Shown one piece after another: positions 36,401 to 48,771 of a stretch of DNA of 64,000 nt. This DNA comes from Hemiscyllium ocellatum. Its lineage: Eukaryota. The notes under the pieces are model-generated. The model was given only the letters and a program-made list of their open reading frames with translations, was not told the DNA's origin and made no database searches. Location: the NCBI RefSeq assembly GCF_020745735.1, contig NC_083402.1, forward strand, positions 7,874,001-7,938,000, given 5' to 3'. The number at the start of each line of letters is the position of its first letter. Within the stretch, counting starts at the first letter, position 1. Made by a program: the position numbers and the translations under genes.

Positions 36401-37870
36401 TTTTCCCCCCTCCCTATTCTTTTTAAATGTTCTAAACCCTGGAACGTCCAGCAACCATTCCTGCCCCTGAGAAACCCACATCTCTGTTATGGCCACAACA
36501 TCATAGCACCAGGTACTGATCCATGCTCTAAGCTCATCACTTTTATTCCTGATACTCCTTGCATTAAAGTAAACATACTTGAACCAATCCTTTGGTTCTT
36601 TCCCAGGGAATTCCTACCCACTGGCTATGCTACCTCTTGCTATTGCCTCATCTCCATCAACTCTCACCACCAGTATATAGCTCAGGTTCCCACCCTCCCC
36701 GTCATACTAGTTTAAACCCTCCTGAACCACTCGAGCAAACCTCCCACCCAGGACATTGGTCCCCTTCCAGTTCAGGTGCAACCCGTCCTTCATGTACAGG
36801 TCCCACCTTCCCCAGAAGACATCCCAATTATTTACATATCTGAAGCCCTCCCTCCTATACCAGCTGCACAGCCACGTGTTAAGCTGCGCCCGCTCCCTGG
36901 TCCTCGCCTCACTATCTCGTGGCACCAGTAGTAAACCTGAGAACACGACTCTGTTCGTCCTGCTCTGCAGCTTCCACCCTAACTCCCTGAAATCACTTTT
37001 TATATCCTCAATCCTTTTCCTGGCTATATCATTGGTGCCAATATGCAACATGATTTCTGGTTGTTCGCCCTCCCCTTTCAGAATCTTATACACCCAATCG
37101 GAGACATCCCGGACCCTGGCACCAGGAGGCAACATACCTTCCTGGAATCCCCATCCTGACCACACAATCTCCTGTCAATTCCCCTAACATTCGAGTCCCC
37201 TACCACTTGCGCTTTTCTATTCTGCCCCCCTTCCCTTCTGGGCCACAGTGTCAGGCTCAGTGCCAGAGAACTGACCACCATGGCTTTCCTCTGGTCGGTC
37301 ATCCCCTCCCCCAGCAGTATCCGAAACGATATACTTATTGCTGAGGGGAATGTCCACAGGGGATCTCTGCACTGTCTGTCTGTCCCCTTTCCTCCCCCTG
37401 ACTGTAACCCATCTATCCTTATCCTGAGCCTCAGGAGTGACCAACTGCCGGTAACTCCTCTCAATTACCCCCTCAGCCTCCCGAATGATCCGCAGTTCAT
37501 CCAGCTCCAGCTCCAATTCCCGAACACAATTTTAAAGGAGCTGGAGTTGGGTGCACTTCCCGCAGATGGAGCCAGCGGAGACGTGTGTCATGTCTCTCAC
37601 CTGCCACATTCTGCAGGAGGAGCAAGCCGCCTTGCTAATATATATGGTCACTTACTTTCCTTCCCAGCAGCCCCTCTGGTCCGTGTCACTTCGCCCACTG
37701 CTCCCACTCCTACTGTGGAGGAAAAACACCACTGGTGACTACCGGTAAGTAATGTTAAACATCTCCTTTACCTTAGCTGTAGCCTTCCTGGTTCACCTTA
37801 CCTCCGCTGCTGCTCCCACTCTAAAAGGTCACTGGCGTCGAAGGGTAAGTACTTATAGTCACTCCTTTCC
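33420..37870 (-). mobile_element. Near-full-length, inactivated CR1 LINE (5' UTR, ORF1 Cys-rich/leucine-zipper/esterase, ORF2 endonuclease and RT, 3' end)
   Basis: ELELDELRIIREAE; GDSNVRG...HIGTNDI; VVMGDFNFPNIDW; NYRPVSL; DFSKTFD; KFAVD; 3' tail at 33420; multiple stops and frameshifts. Confidence 0.95.
34698..35014 (+). mobile_element. HE1-type SINE with a duplicated 5' head, inserted in CR1 RT; 5-bp TSD GACCT
   Basis: ggcggcacggtg(g/a)cacagtgg occurs twice; GACCT at 34693-34697 and 35015-35019. Confidence 0.92.
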
Positions 37871-38097
37871 TTTGAGAGGAGTTCTGGGATTTACATAATA
37901 ATGAACCTAAAACTGTAACACCAATCTAGGTTTGATCAATCTATCGTTTCAATTGCATGATCTTTTGCTATAAATTCTGTGCCTGATGATCCTGCTCCAC
38001 AGCGACCTGATGAAGGAGCAGCGCTCCGGAAGCTCCTACTTCCAAATAAACCTGTTGGACTCGAACCTGGTGTTGTGTGATTTTTAACTTTGTCCCA

Positions 38098-39236
38098 TGT
38101 AAGACACTTCCAGTTTGCCGAGCTGTGCTTTCTTTAGTTTTATTTTTAATCCAGAAGCTACAATGGTTTTTAACGTTTTCAGTCCTGTCTTGTAGTGTTT
38201 TCCCTCAGTAGTGGAAGCAATCAGCATATCGTCAACCTATTGTCATCTTACACACTCTGTTTTGGGAACTTTTGCTATTACATCTGCCATTGCCTGGTGG
38301 AATATAGCAGAGCTAATGAGGAGCCCTTGTGGAACTCTTGTCCAGGTGTACTGTCAGTCACCTGTGGTAAAGACAAATGTATATTGGTGTTTGGGGTCTA
38401 TAGGCAGAGTCCAGAACCCATTTGCTATGTCTAGGATGATAAAGGTCTTGGTTTCTGACCCGATATTGTTTATTATAGTGTTGGGATCTGCATCACCAGG
38501 CCCCAGTTTATCTACATATTTCTTTAGACTGCTATAGTCAGTCGTTATTCTGTATGATCCTTCAGGTTTCTTCACTGGCCACTTTTGGGAGTTTGAGGTG
38601 GAACAAGTTTCTTTTATTATTCCCTGTTTCTCCAAACCATTCGCATTCTCTTTAATTGCCGCAACAGCTTCAGGTCTGATGGGGTACTGTCTTTCAGGTG
38701 GGTGTACATTCCCAGGAATTTCAGTCGGTGTTATGTCCAATCTCCCTCACTGGGTTTTGGGGGTTGCTCATAATTTGGGACACATCATCGCCAATTTGTG
38801 GTCGGGGTTCTCGGAATCCCATTCCCACTCTATTGTGACAGCACGGATACTCTTAAGGAGGCAGGCAATCCTTGTCTTTCCACATTTAAACTGGTGAGCC
38901 CATTTTGGCTTCTCGCACATCAATTATGGCTCCAACTTATTCCAATAAATCCATCCCCAGGACACCACCTTCAGTATTTTTACACACATAAATAGGAGAA
39001 TTAATTACACAATCAGCTATTTTTATTTTAAGCAGTTGGCTGAGAGTGGCTGGTTGAATCCCACTACTCCCTCCCTGTACTTTTAAATTTTTATTTGATA
39101 ATGGTAAATCCAAATCTGTAATACAGATAGAGGCTCCAGTGCCTATGAACATACTGCACGGCCGGCCCCCTAACAGCGTGCTTATATACACCTGGTTATC
39201 CCCTTCTATTTGTCTGAGCACCACAAGCCATCACCT
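38098..39236 (-). mobile_element. Endogenous retrovirus fossil: aspartic protease plus essentially complete RT domain, spumaretrovirus/lokiretrovirus-like
   Basis: Protease MFI(G)TGASICIT...GGVLGMDLL. RT: RQYPIRPEA...WPVKKPEGSYRITTDY...LDIANGFWTLPI...QYTWTRVPQG...Q*VDDMLIAS...GLKIKLKKAQLGKLEVSYMG, with several stops and a frameshift. Confidence 0.85.
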
Positions 39237-39239
39237 GTT

Positions 39240-40140
39240 CACGATTAGTTGTGTGACAGTCTCGTCCCCCCCGCAGCCGCTTCGAGATCAGCGTGTGATG
39301 CAGCAGAGAGTCCGGGCGGGCATAAATGATCTCACAGGCAGAGCCCTTCTCACCACCAGCCAAGCCATGTCTTGGTGCTTGTTGGACAGGTCTGGCGATG
39401 AGGCATTCTGCCAAATTGCTTTGACAGTCTGCTCAGGGAACCACTCAACAGGATCCGCCCTGTCCTTTTCCCGAAGGGTCTCAAGGACGCTACGTGCTGA
39501 CCACTTCCTGTTGGACTTGTGGTCAAAGGTGTTTTTCTTCAAAAATTTCTCCACGAAGGACAGGTGGTACGGAACAGTCCAACTACTCGGAGCGTTCCGC
39601 GGCAGCGAGGCCAGGCCCATCCTTCGCAACACCGGGGACAGGTAGAACCTCAGTACGTAGTGACACTTGGTGTTTGCGTACCGGGGATCCACGCACAGCT
39701 TGATGCAGCCACACACAAAGGTGGCCATCAGGGTGAGGGTGGCATTGGGTGTATTTTCTCCCCCGTTGCCCAGATCTTTGTATAGCGAGTCCCTTCGGAC
39801 CTGGTCCATCTTTGAACTCCATATAAACTGGAAGATGGCCCGGGTGACTGCAGCGGTGCAGGTTCTGGGAATAAGCCAGACCTGTGCCACGTACAACAGC
39901 AATGACAGTGCCTCACACCTGATGACCAGGTTTTTTCCCGTGATGGAGAGCGACCGTAGCCTCCATCTGCCCAGTTTCTGCCTCACTTTACTGATACGCT
40001 CCTCCCAAGACTTGGCGCACCCCCCAGCCCCCCCGAACCAAATACCCAGCACCTACAGGTGGTCGGTCCTGACGGTGAAGGGGATCGAGGATTGGTCGGC
40101 CCAGTTCCCGAAGAGCATGGCCTCGCTCTTGCCTCGGTTT
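39240..40140 (-). mobile_element. Internal fragment of a Tx1/L1-clade non-LTR element (post-RT domain to Zn-finger start)
   Basis: 254-aa frame LGIWFG...WEERISKVRQKLGRWRLRSLSITGKNLVI...; stops at CGG/DETVT; no 3' tail. Confidence 0.85.
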
Positions 40141-40696
40141 ATGTTGTCTCTGTATCTCTTAATATAGTTGTGGGTTTAGCTAGCTCACCTGAAGGAGTCA
40201 CTTTCTCTTTTGACAAAAGGAACCTCTCATCTACCTTACACATTTCTGTCCTCATGACAGAGTTCACCTCTGGCCTTTTTGTTATAGTCAGAGCTACAGC
40301 GTGCCCCATATTATTCTCTTTATTGTGCTCCCTTGTCATCTTTGCTGACTCCGAGAAGTCCCATAGCTTTTCCTCACACTTTCCAACATTCCGAATGCAC
40401 ATGACCCAACTTAGTCGAATAGAAACATTGACATTTCTGAACCGAACCTCCACCCTCAGCAATTTCCTTGTTAATTTTCGGGGATTCCATCCTGTCCGTC
40501 CTGGTGACCTACCTCCCTGTTCCTTCACCACTTTATATTTTTCTCACATTTCTGGCCTGACACAAAAAGAGATGAGAGGATTAGTTCATATCCATCAGCC
40601 ATTATAACGGCTTGTCTTGCCCTGAGTACAATTTGGTTTCTAACGTTTGTACTGTTTACAGAAGATTAGGATGACTTAAATACTTTTAAAATAACA

Positions 40697-41326
40697 GGGT
40701 GGCCTGGAGACCCAGTGGTTAGTGTTACTGCCTCCCAGAGCCAGGGACCCAGGTTTGATTCCAGCCTCATGTAAGTGTCAGTGTGGATTTAGATTAGATT
40801 CCCTACAGTGTGGAAACAGGCCCTTCGGCCCAACAAGTCCACACCGACCCTCCGAAGAGTAACTCACCCAGACCCATTTCTCTCTGACTAATGCAGCTAA
40901 CACTAAGGGCAATTTGGCACGGCCAATCCACCTGACCTGCACATCTTTGGACTGTGGCAGGAAACCCACGCAGAAACGGGGAGAATGTGCAACCTCCATA
41001 CAGATGGTCACCCAAGGCTGGAATTGAACCTGGGACCCTGGTGCTGTGAGGCAGCAGTGCGAACCACTGAGCCATTGTTCCACCCTTTGCACATTCTCCC
41101 TGAGTCTGTGTGGGTTTCCTCTGGGTGCTCTGGTTTTCTCCCACAGTCCAAAGATGTGCAGGTTAGGTGAATTGGCCATACTAAATTGCCCATTGTGCTC
41201 TGGGATGTGTAGGTTAGTCAGGGGAAATGTTCAGTAGTAAGGGAATGGGTGCGTGTGGGATACACTTCGGGAGGTTCAGTGTAGACATGTTGTGTCAAAA
41301 GGCCTGTTTCCACACTGTAGGGATTG
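40697..41326. mobile_element. HE1 SINE (-, 40790-41085) nested inside an HE1 SINE (+)
   Basis: The outer copy breaks at gtgtggatt and resumes at tttgcacattctccc on either side of a complete reverse copy. Confidence 0.9.
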
Positions 41327-41722
41327 AATGAATAATTTCTCTTTGTAACATTGTAAGTATTGACAGGCTTAAATGCTCTTATCCATGAATGGACATTATT
41401 TTAAATCTCCCAAACTCAGTATCTGTTTGTCCAGGCTGTTTCCGTAAGTTATAAAACCTCCAGCTGGATGTTCCCAGGACCAACTCCTATCCACATTGAA
41501 CAGCTCATCATAAACCCTGCACTGTTCCTGTGACAGGGATGTAGAAATCTCTTCTACTTTACCAGTTAATTTATTTTGCGTGGGCAAGGTCAGTTCTGCT
41601 TTTGCCCACCTTATATCTGTTATCTTCTCAAACACCATGAAAATTGCTTCCATTTCCTTCTTTTCAAATTTTGACAAAACCTGCTGTAGTGATTGAAATG
41701 TGGGCCTGGTGGATCTCATTGA

Positions 41723-42620
41723 TTAGATTAGATTCCCTACAGTGTGGAAACAGGCCCTTCGGCCCAACAAGTCCACACTGACCCCATGAAGAGCAACCCA
41801 CCCAGACCCATTCCCCTACATTTACCTCTGACTAATGCACCGAACAGTACAGGCAATTTAGACTGGCCAATTCACCTAACCTGCACACCTTTGGACTGTG
41901 GGAGGAAACCGGAGCACTGGAAGGAAACGCAAGCAGACTCGGGGAGAATGTGCAAAATCCACACAGACAGTTCCCTCAGCTGGGAATTGAACCTGGTTCC
42001 CTGGCACTGTGAGGCAGCAGTGCTAACCACTGAGCCACCGTGCTGCCCCTTTTAGAAGATCCTTGATTGGGTTGTTACCACTGGGGGACAGATATAAACA
42101 GGAGATTCAGAGAGTCTCCTCATTCTTGGAACTGGTTCTGAGCTGGCTGGAAAGAGCCCTTGAAAATAAAATGTGTCTGGTGATAGGATCCTGGCCTCTG
42201 TGCAATCATTTCACCTGCACAATCTGAAAAATCTCCTGACTGAACTGTGAATTACGGCTCAAACCTTCCTCTTTAAGTCTCTTCCAAACATTTGGTTTAA
42301 CTTGCCTAGCATGGAGTAACATAGAATCCCTAATGTGTGGAAACAGGCCATTCAGCCCATCAAATCCGCCTTGACGTTCAAATGAGGATTCCACACCATC
42401 CCTGTAACCCTGCATTTCCTGTGGCTAATCCACCTAACCTAAAATCCCTGGGCACTATGGGTAATTTAACATGACCAATCCACCTAACCCCCATATCTCT
42501 GGACTGTCGGAGGAGACTAGATGACCCAGAGCAAACCCACACAGACGGACCCAAGGGTGCAATCAAACCTGGGTTGCTGATGCTGTAAGGCAGCAGTGCT
42601 AACCACTGACCCACTGCTCC
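41723..42620 (-). mobile_element. HE1 SINE (41723-42049) and an older related SINE (~42315-42620)
   Basis: Same head, core and tail motifs as the other HE1 copies. Confidence 0.85.
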
Positions 42621-44683
42621 GAAATGGCGTCACTTTCAGTTTCTGTTACTTTTCTTTCTCTTGCCACTCTTGTTCCAATGTTTTAAGCTTTAATGCTCTT
42701 TGAAATTTTTTTCTTTCTCCTCCCTTTCTATCTCTTTCTCTGCTCTTTGGAATTTCAATCTCCAACTTTCTCAATTCCATTTGCCTTCAAAGTCCTTCAG
42801 AACTGACCCAAATGACATTGATTTGTAACTTAAACAAAATACTTAGCAATTTAGGGACAATACAGTGACTGTAGCAGAGTGAAAATTCAACAAAATTAAA
42901 GAACACTGACACAAATACTGACAGATGAAAAAACACAGTTAAGGGATAAATAAAATACAATAACAAAACTGGCCAGATTATGCAAGTGGTTCTCATGATA
43001 CTTTAGTTCCACAGGCAGAGATGATTGTTTCTTGGTTTGACTTTCTGGAGATATCAATCAGGGCCAAAGTTTCAGCTCACTCCGATGAATTCAGTAATAC
43101 TTGGAACTGAGTTTCTATTCTCTGAGCTTCCAATCAGTGCCAATGGAAGGTTAGTCAGGGACCTTTCAAAACTTCATGCTTTTGCATCAAAACTCCTGCT
43201 CCCTTAAAACACAGACCAAAATCCAGTTCAAAACTGTGGACTTTCACTCTCACCCTGACCATCTCCCCACCAGGTCCCAGTTACCATTCAACATCTACCA
43301 TCAGTTTGAGCAGAAGGTCTCCCCCAGAGCGGATTGACCGAGGTAATGACAAAAAATTACTGATCAAGATCTCCTATCAGTTTAAACAGACTGCTCTCCC
43401 AGCTCACAGCTGTTCTATGGAATGGTTCTGATCAAGAAGCAATCTGCAAATAACTTCCCGGCCTGGCCTCACAAAGAAACCAAAACTTGTTTGTCACCTT
43501 CAGCTCACATCTTTTTAATTCCCAGCTCCAAAGTAGAACTGATGAAATAAAAATAATGAAGTATTAGTGAGGGTTATAACATCATGGACTGCAGCAGCTC
43601 GCTAGTACCTTTGTGACAACAATGTGGGACAGGTAACACCCGCTCACAACACCTACACCCCATGAACGAATAAAAGTTCAGCATGTTAAGGATGATATGA
43701 AGTAATCTGAATAGTAAATTAAGGCTCATGCAAATGGAATGTAAAGAATTCTGTTGGTCTTCGGTGGTGATCATGTTCTGCACAAGTTCACCTCCCCCCA
43801 CCCTTCTTTCTCTCACTTTGACAGCACTTCCCTCTGTTGCTTCCTCCCTCAAGTGTCAATCAAGCTTCCCCTTCAGTACAACAATGGTCAATGTGTCAAC
43901 CACTTGGTGTATGAGCGGGTTCCGCATCCTAACCACTCCCTGTGTTTTCCTGAATCCCTTGGTGGTCTGGTGGTGACTAGAATATTTACAGTTCCTGGTT
44001 TCAGGTCCCTCCACATTTCCTGCTTGTCTGTACTATCTGACATCTCATAACTTTCACCGTCCCCATCAGTCAGCCTTCCTGATTCAGGAGCAGAGTCTGA
44101 AATTCTGTTCAGTCTTTCCTCTCCATGAATCCTCTCCGTGAATGCATCGTTTTTTGTAAAGACTTCCATTTTGCTTTTTTATCGTTTTTTTCAAGACACT
44201 TTATTCCTTGTCTCTGCTGCATGACCTGTCTTTGTGACTCAAAATTGTAATCTGGGCTGTCCTCTCCATAATCCTCCTGACCATGTTCACACTCAGAGCT
44301 GTCAATCTCATTGCTCATTGTCAGAAATTCCTGAATCCTGAGCACAATATGGGTTTGGTTTCGTCACCTTCCATGGACTCTTTGTTTTGATTCATTCATG
44401 GCATCCAGTTGTCACTGGCTGGGCCAGCATTCATTATTCCTCCTGAATTGCCCAGAGGCCACTGGGAAGTTACTCGCATTGCTGTGGGTCTGGAATCATA
44501 TTTGAACCAACCCTCCTCTAGCTTATTTCTCCATGCTTCAGGCTCTCTGCCTTTATTCCTGATGAAGGGCTTTTGCCTGAAACATTGATTTCGCTGCTCC
44601 TTGGATGTTGCCTGAACTGCTGTGCTCTTCCAGCACCACTAATCCAGAATCTGGTTTCCAGCATCTGCAGTCATTGTTTTTAC

Positions 44684-47600
44684 CTCAGTCCCATGACCTG
44701 TCTGACAGTCTGAAGCATCAGAAAAGAAGTCCGATTTCCAACAAAGGTCGCCTCCCAGTAAACCAAAATGCACCCGTCAAATAAAAATGCTCATTATTAT
44801 TTGACTGATCCTGTGTGTGTTACTTTTGCATCGAAGAGGAAAGCAGAGCAAAGATTGAGCAGAGATCTTTCCATTTGTACAATTTTTGACAGAGTGGATA
44901 GAATGTTCCCTCTTGTTGTGAACTGCACAGTTGGAGACATCATAATAACGAGAGGTCACTTATCATTGGGTTTAGACTGGATCTGGGCCAAAGGAAGGCT
45001 GAGGGAAGATTTGATTGAGGTGGTCAAAATCATGAGAGGTCAGGATAGCATGGAGAGAGAGAGACTGCTCCCATTCATGAAGCGATAAAAAACCAGGAGG
45101 CACTGTATGATGAAGGTTTATAAAATATTATTATTTATTCAGAATTTGTAGAGGGAAAATAGATTTTACTTTTCAGTTCTGTGATAATGATGTCTTTCTT
45201 TTAAAAGAAGGGGCCAGAATGTCATTTGGAACAATGAAGTAAAGACAGCCTTTCTGAGAAACTATGTCAATTAATCAAGTCACCTCAGGAGTTAATTGCT
45301 GAATATTTTCAAAGTTGGGTTTTAAGATCAGAATTAAGTGTCACTAGCAGGTTGAGTTCAGACCAATAGAAGTCATGCTAGGAGAAGTTGTTTTTTTTCT
45401 TAATTTTATAAAAGTCTCCAGCTGAGAGTTGGAAAGAAATCTCCAGACAATCAGTGCTGAAAATAAATCTGAATCTGTTTCAACACACCAAGGAGGAGGG
45501 CTGGAAAGGGTCACTGTGTTAGTTTATGTCAATGTGTTTCATGGAGGGACAGAGAGAATCCTGTCTGGTGAATGTGTAGAAAGTCAGTGACATCCTAAAG
45601 TGGAGCTGACTGAAGTCCGTGTAGATTACATCAACTACATTACCCTCATCTATACACCTCATCACCTCCGAGAAAAATTCAATCCAATCCAATTCAATCC
45701 AATTCCTTTACAAAGCCATGCTGATTACCCTTGATTAACCTTTGTCTCTCCAAGTAAAGATTCATTCGGTCTCTCAGAATTGTTTCTAATCGTTTCCCCA
45801 GCATTGATGTTGTACTCACTGGCCTGTAGTTTCCTGGTTTATCACTACCACCCTTCTTGAATAATGACACCTGTCCTTCAATCCTCTGGCACCCCTCCTG
45901 TGACCAGAGAGGATTTGGAAAGTGATATCAGAGCCCTTGCATTCTCCACCTGGGATACCACGTGGGCCTGGGGAATTAGCCACTTTCAAGTCTGTTAAAA
46001 TCTCCATTGTCACTTCCATCTATATAATACTTTGTTTACATTTGTCCTGATCCATGTCCCTGATTTCTATCCCAACATTGTACTTCTCTCTATCATGAAT
46101 ACCGACGTGAAAATCTCATTTGCATCTTCACCTAAGACTTGCAGCTCCACGCTCCGATTGTAATTTTGGTGCCTCATCAGCTCTACGCACTCTCTGGTTA
46201 TTCTCTTGCCCCTAACATACGTATGACATTTCCTTGGACTCTCTTTAACATTATGTAACAGATTTTCTTCTTCCTGTCTATTTTTTGGCTCTCCTAGTTT
46301 CTTCATTAAGTAACCCCCTGTACTTTCTACACCCTTGAGGCTATCCAGTGTTTTCAGAGCTCAGTAACTCCCATAAGCTTCCTTGTTTCCCTTTTCTAAT
46401 CCAATCGAGGTTCAGGTACATAATGCCCTGAATTTGCATCACAGGTAGACAGTGTGGTTAAGAAGATATTGAGCATGCTTGCTCTCATTGCTCAGATCTT
46501 TGATTGGACGAGTTGGGACGTCTGTTGAGGTTGTCCAGGGTGTTGGTGACTCCTCTTCTGGAGTACTATGTATAGTCCTGGCTGTCCGGTTGGATTGTGT
46601 TTGGCATGGAGCGTTTGAGTCATAAACGTTGGGTCTTTTTTCACTGGAGCACAGGAGGTTGAAGGGTGCCCTTACAGAGGTTTATAAAACCATAAGGGGC
46701 ATACATAATCGAATAGCAAGAGTTTTTCCCAAGGGTGTAGAAGTTCAAGTCTAGGGGGCATTTTTTTAAGTTGAGAGAAGGAAGATTTAAAATTACACAG
46801 GATAAACGTTTTCACACACAGGATGGTACTTGTGTGGAACTAACTGCCAGAGGAAATGGTGGATGTATATACAGTTACAACATTTAAAAGACATTTGGAT
46901 ATCTGCATAAATAGGAGGGATATGAGCCAAATGCAAGCAAGTCGGATGAGTTTATTTTGAGAACCCGGTCAGTGTGGACTGATTGGACCAAATAGCCTGT
47001 TTCCATGCTGTATGTTGTTGTGTCACCATAACCTGACCAGATCAGAGGGGCTGCTTTCTCATTAGAGAGAAGCAGCTGCTGGTGGTTTAACCTGAGGGCC
47101 ACCAGACCTCAGGCAAGGGAAGAGATTGAGAAGGAGAGCCCTTCATGGTAACCTCAAACCAGTGATGGGAATTAAGCCCAAGCTGTTCACATCACACTGT
47201 TTTATAAACCAACAATCCAGCCAACTGAGCTAAACCAACACTCTGGCTCTATGACCTTATAACTCTGCAATTGACTCATTGGTCAATGTTGTAACACCAT
47301 CTCCCCTTTTACATCCCTCCCCACCTCTACATGTCTCATCTGACAGTTCTATACCCTGGAACATGGTGCTGCCAATCCTGCCCCACTCTCACCCATGTCT
47401 CTGCGATCATAATATCACATCTCCACTCATTAATCTACACCCTCAGCTCATCTGCCTTACTCACAAGTAAATACCACCCAGCCATGCCATGCTCCATTAG
47501 GCCTTCACTTGATGATGTTCACACTGCTTTCTGGACATACTTGCTTGCATTTTCAGATCAGTTCGCCCAGTTGGCTGGACAGTTGGTTTGCAGTGTGGAG

Positions 47601-48771
47601 TGATGCTAACAATGTGGGTTTAATTTCCATACTGTCTGAGGGGATCGTGAAGGTCACACCTTCTCAACCGTGTCCCTTGTCTGAGGCAGAGTGACCCTCA
47701 GGTTAAATCACCATCTGTCACCTCTCTAATGAGACAGCAGTTCTCTGGGATTACGACTGATTTTTTTTACTTCCGTTCTCCTTCTTCAAGTCTCTGTGTA
47801 TCACCTTCACCCTCTGTAATACTTCCACTGCGTACCCCATCCCTCTGCTACGCCTGATGAATGAGCCAGGTTGCTGAAGGCTGGCTCGGTAATAGAGTAG
47901 AAGGTGATGGGAAATAGAAAAGGTTCTGCAGGGAGGGCCCTGAGTCCTGCTCTTCAGATCACTCTGGGTCTCCTGGAACAATGGAGAGTTCAGAAAACTC
48001 TCAGGCACCAAACCCTCTCTTCAACCAACAGCAACAAACACCCACAGTCTCACCTCAGGATGTTTACAAACCACCTGAAGCCCTCTGTGGTGTTCCAGTC
48101 TGTAGTTCATTCCACACTGTCTCAGATCTGTTTCTAAACCATGATTGTACGATGCTAAATACAAAGACAAAGTGAGGACTGCAGAAACTGGAGGTCAGAG
48201 TCGAAAAGTGTGGCATTGGAAGAGCACAGCAGGTCAGGCAGTATCTGAGGAGCAGGATAATCAATGTTTCAGGCATCATCCCAGATCCATCTCTCCAACT
48301 CAGCACCGCCCTCTTGAACTGTCCTCCCTGTCCATCCTCCTTCCCACCTATTCGCTGCACCCTCCCCACTGAGCGATCACCATCACCCCCCACCTGCATC
48401 TACCAATCATCTTCCCGGCTGAGTGACCCCAGCCCCACCCCCGATTTATCTCTCAGCCCACCTCCCACTCTCCAAATTCCTGATGGAGTGCTTATGCCCG
48501 AAACATCGATTCTCCTGCTGCTCGTTTGCTGCCTGACCGGCTGCGCTTTTCCAGCACCACACCTTTTGACTCTGATGTTAAATACAAACTGAAACAACTG
48601 TGGATGCTGGAAATTAGCAGCATCTGTGAAGAGAAATCAGAGTTAATGTTTCAGGTCCGGTTTTATCTTTTCTCACTATATAACAGATTCAATGTTTTAC
48701 CTCACTGTTTGGTGTCTGTGCTGTGTTCATATCCTCTCTCTCTCTCTCCCCTCACAGCGGATTCTGCTAGG
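44684..48771 (+). pseudogene. Inverted paralogous copy of 18980-22070 (intron 1 plus the first 14 nt of the V-A exon); rest of the exon deleted
   Basis: Collinear reverse-complement homology of unique sequence and of shared repeat junctions (e.g. gtaaaggaatt(g/t)gattgaattggatt). Acceptor ctcccctcacag|CGGATTCTGCTAGG at 48756-48771, then an abrupt LINE fragment. Confidence 0.88.
48151..48588. mobile_element. Palindromic Penelope terminal-repeat insertion with a 15-bp TSD (1 mismatch)
   Basis: GATG(C/T)TAAATACAAA at 48151-48165 and 48574-48588; inverted cagcaggtcaggcagt / ctgcctgaccggctgcg arms; absent from the 19-kb paralog. Confidence 0.8.

Larger units (their letters stand above)
32930..38097 (+). 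mobile_element. Penelope-like 3' region (32930-33420 and 37870-38097) split by the long CR1; degenerate hammerhead motif near 38023-38050
   Basis: (CA)n-rich segment and ctataaattctgtg...cctgatgaaggagcagcgctcc...gtgtgatttttaactttg tail match the 12.8-14.2 kb family. Confidence 0.7.
40141..42790 (-). mobile_element. Gypsy (Gmr1-like) gag to protease remnant, broken by four SINE insertions
   Basis: Coiled coil (42620-42790); capsid/SCAN-like SKFEKKEMEAIFMVFEK...RW...LTGK...LSQEQCRVYDEL (41396-41719); degenerate CCHC knuckle CFYSTKLGHVHSECWK (~40375-40425); protease start TILRDT(E/G) at the junction. Confidence 0.75.

Noticed and set aside
43574-43976. ORFs with MGCRCC and hydrophobic stretches
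   Set aside because: Explained by an antisense LINE 3' end and a decayed CR1 C-terminus (TQGVVRMRNPL...LKGKLD).
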